From the NCBI GenBank assembly GCA_964566225.1, contig CAZMHV010000004.1:64248-128247 (forward strand): a stretch of 64,000 bases of DNA, in the 5' to 3' direction. The position numbers and the translations under genes were made by a program. Each line of letters begins with the position of its first letter. Position 1 is the stretch's first letter. The DNA is from an uncultured Gammaproteobacteria bacterium. GTDB taxonomy: Bacteria > Patescibacteriota > Patescibacteriia > Magasanikbacterales > UBA922. The notes beneath the pieces are model-generated. The model worked only from the letters and a program-made list of their open reading frames with translations, was not told where the DNA came from and made no database searches. Shown here piece after piece: positions 58,538-64,000 of this stretch.

Positions 58538-58981
58538 TTAAAATAGTGGCTTCCAAGGATATTTTTTTTCAAAACTTTTTTTGTCGTTGAATGGAACAAA
58601 TTTTTTTTCTTTTTGGTATTTGCTGCCTTTGAATCCAGGCTTGTTTTCGTGCATAATTCCACACCAATACTGTTCGGTGCGGCCTGCGATTTCTTTGATG
58701 TACAGGAGAACTCCATTGCCATAACCACAATACATGCAGCCAAGCTTTTCAAATGGATTTAAGTATTGAAGTCTGTTGCGATCAAGTACATTGATATAAT
58801 CACTTCTTTTTACTTTTTTAATATTATAGAGCGGAAAACAAATTTGTTGGTATATTTCACACACAATATCGAGCAACAAAAAAAAGGGGAGTGGTGCCCA
58901 AATAAATGGCGTAGAAATAAAATGAAGAAAAAATCTTTTATCTCGATGTTTTCTGTATTCCATAGTGTATGTATCGTACAA
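58538..58981 (-). CDS. Hypothetical membrane-associated protein with CxYCxY and YWC motifs
   Basis: 147-aa ORF in operon. Confidence 0.75.
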   Translation of the reverse strand: MYDTYTMEYRKHRDKRFFLHFISTPFIWAPLPFFLLLDIVCEIYQQICFPLYNIKKVKRSDYINVLDRNRLQYLNPFEKLGCMYCGYGNGVLLYIKEIAGRTEQYWCGIMHENKPGFKGSKYQKEKKFVPFNDKKSFEKKYPWKPLF

Positions 58982-58999
58982 ATGTGTTACTATAATACA

Positions 59000-60328
59000 C
59001 TATTTTGCTTCGTTTGATAATGGTTCAAGCTCACTATTCCAATCTTTTTGCAAAAATGATTCACCAACAAATTGACAAAGCAATTGTGCCGTTTGTGCGG
59101 CATTGCCAAGGCAGGTAGAAGCTCCTGGTGAAGGAGTAATGTTGAACACAATATTTTCACCCACAATTTCTGCTTCACCCATTTCCATTTTCATGGTTTG
59201 CGTGTTGACGACTTGTGGGCGAATGCCGCCGTATTTGCGAGCAGGGCGAATGTGAGCGTATTTGAGGCTCGGAATAATTTTTTTCGCATCTTGTAAAAAG
59301 AAGTATCTCCCGAGCAGGGGAATATCAAATAACAAATTTTTAAGCACGTACAAAAAGAGTGTTGGGTCAGAAATAATTTTAAATAAACTGGCTACGCCAC
59401 GCACACTCCAAGCCGATGTTTTGAGAAACGGAAGAAATGTTTTGTTGTTGTGTCGTTCGAGGAGCGGGAGAACTTTGGCCGTGGGACCAAAACGAATGAG
59501 AGATGAGTCACGAATTTCTGGGTCTCCATGAATAGCCGCAAACGGGAGTTTGGGTTCTTGCATAGTATACACTTTGCCACGGAGTAAATTTTTTCTGGTC
59601 GAAAAATAAAAACTTCCAGCCACAGGCAAAATCCCCAAGTGCTTGCCATACCCAAGTTCTTTGGCAAACCATAAACTGTGCGGGCCTGTCATTACGGCCA
59701 CGGCTTTGGCTTCAATATTTCCTCGAGAAGTTTGTACGGTAAATCCTGTTTCAGTTTTTTGAATATGAGAAACTGTGGTGCGGGTGAACGATTGAAAGTG
59801 TTCATCGGTTTTGGTTTTTTGAACAAACGATTGTGAAAGGCGGTGAAAGTCAACCGTATACCCAGTAGTAGCAATGGCACGCACGGGCTGTGTGCGTCCT
59901 ACAATCAGATTTGGTTCCAACTCTGCAATTTCGTCGCGACTGAGCAGTTTCATTTCAGGGAACAATTGTTTAAATGTTTCAAAACGTTTTTCAAGCTCGG
60001 CAATTTCGTGGTCGCCTACGGCCAAGAGCATTTTGGGTCCTTTTTTGTATATGGGACTTCGTTTTATTTTTTCTAGGTAGGCAATAAGATACGAAGTGTT
60101 TTTTTTCACTTCCGTTGCTTTTTTGAGACTGTAGTTGGATTCAATATCTCCTACATGCAAGGTTTGGCTATTGTTGGTGGAGTGAGAATTCACCAGGCCA
60201 AAGTCTTTTTCTTTTTCAATCAAAACAACATTTTGCACCGAAGTAAAATGTTTGAGTACATAAAAAAGCGAAGTTCCTGCGACCCCGCCTCCAATGATAA
60301 CGATGTCAGTCTTTGTGGGGAGGCTCAT
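59000..60328 (-). CDS. mqo: FAD-dependent oxidoreductase, malate:quinone oxidoreductase-like
   Basis: IGGGVAG, NSQTLHVGDIESNY, GGIRPQ and TPSPGASTCL. Confidence 0.75.
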   Translation of the reverse strand: MSLPTKTDIVIIGGGVAGTSLFYVLKHFTSVQNVVLIEKEKDFGLVNSHSTNNSQTLHVGDIESNYSLKKATEVKKNTSYLIAYLEKIKRSPIYKKGPKMLLAVGDHEIAELEKRFETFKQLFPEMKLLSRDEIAELEPNLIVGRTQPVRAIATTGYTVDFHRLSQSFVQKTKTDEHFQSFTRTTVSHIQKTETGFTVQTSRGNIEAKAVAVMTGPHSLWFAKELGYGKHLGILPVAGSFYFSTRKNLLRGKVYTMQEPKLPFAAIHGDPEIRDSSLIRFGPTAKVLPLLERHNNKTFLPFLKTSAWSVRGVASLFKIISDPTLFLYVLKNLLFDIPLLGRYFFLQDAKKIIPSLKYAHIRPARKYGGIRPQVVNTQTMKMEMGEAEIVGENIVFNITPSPGASTCLGNAAQTAQLLCQFVGESFLQKDWNSELEPLSNEAK

Positions 60329-60642
60329 ATTTTTTGTTTTTCATGTTGTAAATATCGTTTTCCGTAGTGTGCCATGGCAGTGAGTATTTCTTGTAATTTT
60401 TCGCCTTTTTTTGATAAAAAATACAGTGAGTCTTTGTGTTCAACCAACCCTATTTTTTGGAGCCGTTTGAGTTTTGTGGTCAGGGTTCGTGTGCTAATTT
60501 CTTCAAGAGAACGTTCCAATTCGCAAAACCGTTTTTTGTTATCCAACAAATCTCGAACAATAAGAATAGTCCATCGGTCAGAGAGGAGTTGCGCTACCCG
60601 TTCAATTGGGCAAGAAATTTTGTCGAGGGATTTCTTTTTCAT
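60325..60642 (-). CDS. HxlR-family transcriptional regulator
   Basis: SCPIE…RWTILIVRDL…RF.EL…ISTRTLT. Confidence 0.9.
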   Translation of the reverse strand: MKKKSLDKISCPIERVAQLLSDRWTILIVRDLLDNKKRFCELERSLEEISTRTLTTKLKRLQKIGLVEHKDSLYFLSKKGEKLQEILTAMAHYGKRYLQHEKQKI

Positions 60643-60677
60643 ATTGTCTTTATTTGAGTATATATGAAATGCTTTCA

Positions 60678-60704
60678 TTTGTAAAGTACTTTACAAAGTA
60701 AAGT
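60678..60704. promoter_or_regulatory. Palindromic operator between divergent hxlR and nitroreductase genes
   Basis: Perfect 20-bp palindrome TTTGTAAAGTACTTTACAAA plus overlapping ACTTTAC-aaa-GTAAAGT. Confidence 0.7.
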
Positions 60705-60744
60705 GAATGTGGTACAATAGGTATTATTCATTTTATTTTGATCT

Positions 60745-61374
60745 ATGCAAAATCTTCTTGATGCCATGAAGTGGCGTTATGCAACAAAACAATTTACCAA
60801 TCAAAAATTGACCAACGAACAACTTTCTTTTTTGGAAGAAATGGTTCGAATGGCTCCAAATTCTTTTGGTCTTCAGCCTTGGAAACTTGTCGTGGTTCAA
60901 AACCCAGAAATTCGTGAAAAATTAAAGGCAGTAGGGTATGGTCAGGCTCAAATTACTGACAGTAGTGCCTTGTTTGTCTTTGCGGTTGAAAAAACAATTG
61001 ATGCAAATTTTGTACAAAAATTTGTAGACAATATTATTGCTACTCGTGGTGTTACCGAAGAAATGATCGCTGGGTACAAAGACATGATGAATGGATCGGT
61101 TGCTTCAAAGAGTGAATCTCAAAAACACGAGTGGGCAGCTCGCCAAGCATACATTGCTCTTGGAACCCTCCTCACTGCTGCAGCAGTTGAATCAATTGAT
61201 GTGTGTCCAATGGAAGGATTTGATCCTGCGGCGTTTGATGAAATCCTTGGTCTTTCTGAAAAAGGACTTTCAACCGTGGTGATTGCTGCGGTTGGTTTCC
61301 GTGCACCAGAAGATGCATTTCAAACCTATGCCAAAGTTCGTCGTCCTCAAGACGAAATGATTTTGAATGTCTAA
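60745..61374 (+). CDS. NAD(P)H nitroreductase (NfsB-like)
   Basis: WRYATKQF, APNSFGLQPW and CPMEGFD. Confidence 0.92.
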   Translation: MQNLLDAMKWRYATKQFTNQKLTNEQLSFLEEMVRMAPNSFGLQPWKLVVVQNPEIREKLKAVGYGQAQITDSSALFVFAVEKTIDANFVQKFVDNIIATRGVTEEMIAGYKDMMNGSVASKSESQKHEWAARQAYIALGTLLTAAAVESIDVCPMEGFDPAAFDEILGLSEKGLSTVVIAAVGFRAPEDAFQTYAKVRRPQDEMILNV

Positions 61375-61456
61375 ATCAAATACAGAAACAAGAGTGGCTC
61401 ACCGCCACTCTTTTTTTCTTGAAGGAAAGACGAAAAAACTCTATACTATGGGTATT

Positions 61457-62863
61457 ATGAATCTTTCACGCGTGAGACAATTGAATCAAGGATCATTTGA
61501 AAAGGGGACGGTTGTGTACTGGATGGACCGAGATCTGCGACTTCGCGATAATTGGGCACTTTTATTTGCCGATGCTTTGGCACGGAAACACCACCAACCC
61601 CTCGTCGTGGTATATAATTTTGTGCCCAATTTTTTGGGTGGGGCAGAAAGACATGTGCGTTTTAAAATGGAGGCACTCGCTTTGTTGCAGTCTGACGCAC
61701 TTGAAAAAAACATTTCTTTCTTTGTACTGGTTGATGAATCTGGCACAGAAACTCCTAAACATATTGTAGACTTTTGTGAACAAGCAGATGCTGGTGCCCT
61801 TGTTACAGATTTTTCTCCTCTCAAAATTCAGCGAAAGTGGAAAGAGCAAATTACCAAAAAAATTAATATTCCATTTTTTGAAGTGGATGCGCACAATATT
61901 GTGCCAGCCTGGCAAGCTTCACCCAAACAAGAATTTGGTGCCTATACACTGCGGCCCAAACTGCACAAAAAACTTCCTGAATTTTTGGAAGCATTTCCTG
62001 TGCTCCAAAAACAAAAAATTTCTTTTCATAAAAAAATAAAACAACAGAGTTTAACTCCATACAAAAAAATAGCAACACAAGCGGATGATATTTTTTTGAA
62101 AGGGGGAGAAGAGGCTGCTCACACACAGCTGCGAATATTTTTGAAAGAAAAACTGTCACTCTATGCACGCGATCGCAATGATCCTCTTGCTCTTGCGCAA
62201 TCCAATCTTTCTGCGTACTTGCACTATGGCATGATAAGTGCACAGGCTGTGGTACTTGAGACTTTGCGTGTTTCCAAATTTTCTCTATCACAGGTAACAA
62301 CACCCAAAAAAAATAATGCCGCGAGTGAAATCAAAACTCCGGGACTGAAAGAAAGTGTCGCTGCGTTTTTGGAAGAGTTAATTATTCGCCGAGAACTGGC
62401 AGATAATTTTTGTTTGTACAATACAAATTACGATAGTGTAGAAGGATTTCCTGCTTGGGCCGAGAAAACACTCAATGCCCATCGCAAAGATAAACGTGAA
62501 TATGTGTATACCAAAAAACAATTTGAACAGGCTCTCACGCACGATGAACTGTGGAATGCAGCACAAAGAGAAATGGTGCGTACCGGTAAAATGCACGGGT
62601 ATATGCGTATGTACTGGGCCAAGAAAATTTTGGAGTGGACATCAAGTCCAGAAGAAGCCATGAAAATTGCCGTTTTTCTCAATGATACCTATGAGCTTGA
62701 TGGACGTGATCCAAATGGCTATGCAGGGATTGCTTGGAGCATTGGAGGGGTGCATGATCGAGCCTGGTTTGAACGACCTGTGTACGGACAAATTCGTTAC
62801 ATGGCACGCAGTGGATGTGAAAAAAAGTTTGATGTCAAAAAATATATTGAAAAATTTTCATAA
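61457..62863 (+). CDS. phr: Class II CPD photolyase
   Basis: YWMDRDLRLRDNWAL, SNLSAYLHYG, HGYMRMYWAKKILEW and DGRDPNGY; start uncertain. Confidence 0.93.
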   Translation: MNLSRVRQLNQGSFEKGTVVYWMDRDLRLRDNWALLFADALARKHHQPLVVVYNFVPNFLGGAERHVRFKMEALALLQSDALEKNISFFVLVDESGTETPKHIVDFCEQADAGALVTDFSPLKIQRKWKEQITKKINIPFFEVDAHNIVPAWQASPKQEFGAYTLRPKLHKKLPEFLEAFPVLQKQKISFHKKIKQQSLTPYKKIATQADDIFLKGGEEAAHTQLRIFLKEKLSLYARDRNDPLALAQSNLSAYLHYGMISAQAVVLETLRVSKFSLSQVTTPKKNNAASEIKTPGLKESVAAFLEELIIRRELADNFCLYNTNYDSVEGFPAWAEKTLNAHRKDKREYVYTKKQFEQALTHDELWNAAQREMVRTGKMHGYMRMYWAKKILEWTSSPEEAMKIAVFLNDTYELDGRDPNGYAGIAWSIGGVHDRAWFERPVYGQIRYMARSGCEKKFDVKKYIEKFS

Positions 62864-62944
62864 AAAAAGTACAGAGAAAATCTGTACTTTTTTGTGCCAC
62901 CACCACAGGCAAAATTGTCTGCGCTGGTGGCACCCTCCTTGTGC
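62862..62944 (-). repeat. Looser GCAC element (copy K) ending in a bidirectional terminator
   Basis: GCACAAGG, stem GTGCCACCA/TGGTGGCAC, abutting AAAAAAGTACAGA…TCTGTACTTTTTT. Confidence 0.45.
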
Positions 62945-62953
62945 CTCCCTTGG

Positions 62954-63133
62954 TCAGTCCGGAATGCGGGACCGACCACCCTTCTGTTTCGCGCGTGGGT
63001 CTTTGCGCGGATTGGGGTTGCGAACCCCCTTCTTCCCACGGGAAAGGAGCTCTGGGTCGAAGAAGTCCTCGACCCCGGCGGTTGTTTGTTGTGCGTGATC
63101 GGGCAGCTGTCCGACCTCACGAATACTTGACAT
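62954..63133 (-). CDS. Small hypothetical protein (GC-rich class)
   Basis: GC-rich patch matches the ORF; promoter TTGACA-N17-TAGACT at 63188-63160; GGGGA before ATG. Confidence 0.5.
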   Translation of the reverse strand: MSSIREVGQLPDHAQQTTAGVEDFFDPELLSRGKKGVRNPNPRKDPRAKQKGGRSRIPD

Positions 63134-63211
63134 GTTCTTCCCCACTGAAGTGAACCTCCAGTCTACATTACCCTTGAAAATATGTCAATCCAGTGATATT
63201 CTAGTGACACT

Positions 63212-64000
63212 ATGAAAGAGTTTCGAACACAATTTGAGCTGGCATTGCAGCAGTGGTTTGCCCAAAAAAGACACTCGTTACCTGCTGCGGTACAACAGGA
63301 TACTGTCTTTGGGGAACTGTTTACTGCGGTTGAAGCCCTTTCACTTTCTGGAGGCAAAAGAATTCGTCCATCACTCATGTGGCTTTTGTCAGGTTTTTCA
63401 CTTCCACTTTCTGAGCAGCAACTTCGTCCGTTTCTTGCCATGGAGTTGTTTCATGTGTTTGGCCTTATTCACGATGATATTATTGATAACGGTGAATCTC
63501 GTCGTGGTGTACCAACCACCCATGTTGTGGCAGAAAAAATTTTTGATACACACCATAAACTTGGACTTCGCAAAAAATATGGAGAATCCATGGCACTACT
63601 TATGGGAGATTTATTGTTTGCATGGGTTCATGAATTGCTGGATACTGCAGGTCTTGCCCCAGATATTTTACAGAGGGTAAAGCACATGTTTACCCGTATG
63701 AGTGAAGATGTAATGATTGGTCAACTTATTGATGTTGATATCATGAGCAGTGAAAGTACCTCGAGTGATCGTATTTTTGAAAAAATGAAATTGAAAACCG
63801 CAAGTTATACTTTTGTGTGGCCCATGCAGCTCGGACTCGCGCTTGGCAATGCAGAGGGTCTTTTGTTTGAAGAGTCCGCTGCTTGTGGCGAAGCATTGGG
63901 CATTGCGTTTCAAATTCAAGATGATATTTTGGATGCTCTTGGAGATGAAGCTTCACTCGGCAAAACACCGATGCGAGATATTACCGAAGGGCAGCATACC
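63212..64000 (+). CDS. Polyprenyl diphosphate synthase (partial, runs off the window)
   Basis: Manual translation: GGKRIRP, IHDDIID…RRG and FQIQDDILD. Confidence 0.92.
   Translation, partial: MKEFRTQFELALQQWFAQKRHSLPAAVQQDTVFGELFTAVEALSLSGGKRIRPSLMWLLSGFSLPLSEQQLRPFLAMELFHVFGLIHDDIIDNGESRRGVPTTHVVAEKIFDTHHKLGLRKKYGESMALLMGDLLFAWVHELLDTAGLAPDILQRVKHMFTRMSEDVMIGQLIDVDIMSSESTSSDRIFEKMKLKTASYTFVWPMQLGLALGNAEGLLFEESAACGEALGIAFQIQDDILDALGDEASLGKTPMRDITEGQHT

Noticed and set aside
1-64000. Alternative genetic code (TGA recoding)
   Set aside because: Conserved genes translate full-length under code 11 with TGG for Trp, and TGA acts as a stop in several genes.

Overview
Bacterial chromosome segment with no rRNA, CRISPR array, integrase or phage structural genes. 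The AT-rich backbone looks like a Patescibacteria/CPR genome (inference from gene content and Shine-Dalgarno-less starts). It carries ftsH, rpe/rpiB, trxB, ahcY, adenosine kinase, a MacAB-like exporter, nth, an ABC-F ATPase, a DEAD-box helicase, mqo, a photolyase, a polyprenyl synthetase and tRNA-Arg(GCG). Interspersed is a second, sharply different gene class: GC-rich orphan genes (about 1-5.7 kb, 16.3-17.9 kb, 19.7-20.1 kb, 37.8-45.9 kb, 54.4-55.1 kb, 62.95-63.13 kb). These mostly carry SD sequences, sit behind near-consensus sigma70 promoters, and include two MoxR-AAA/VWA modules. Most of them are followed, in the sense orientation, by a sequence-divergent but structurally conserved element: a GCACTYGG-like box, a GC-rich hairpin with GCAC in its loop, and an abutting A/T-rich hairpin (9 clear and about 5 looser copies). 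Two arrays are preceded by an in-register ~198-bp repeat with a 118-bp identical core. This cassette system is the main candidate for an undescribed system; its function is inference only. A separate set of AT-rich orphan proteins, including a PP2C-like phosphatase and a kinase-like protein, all end in -AA.
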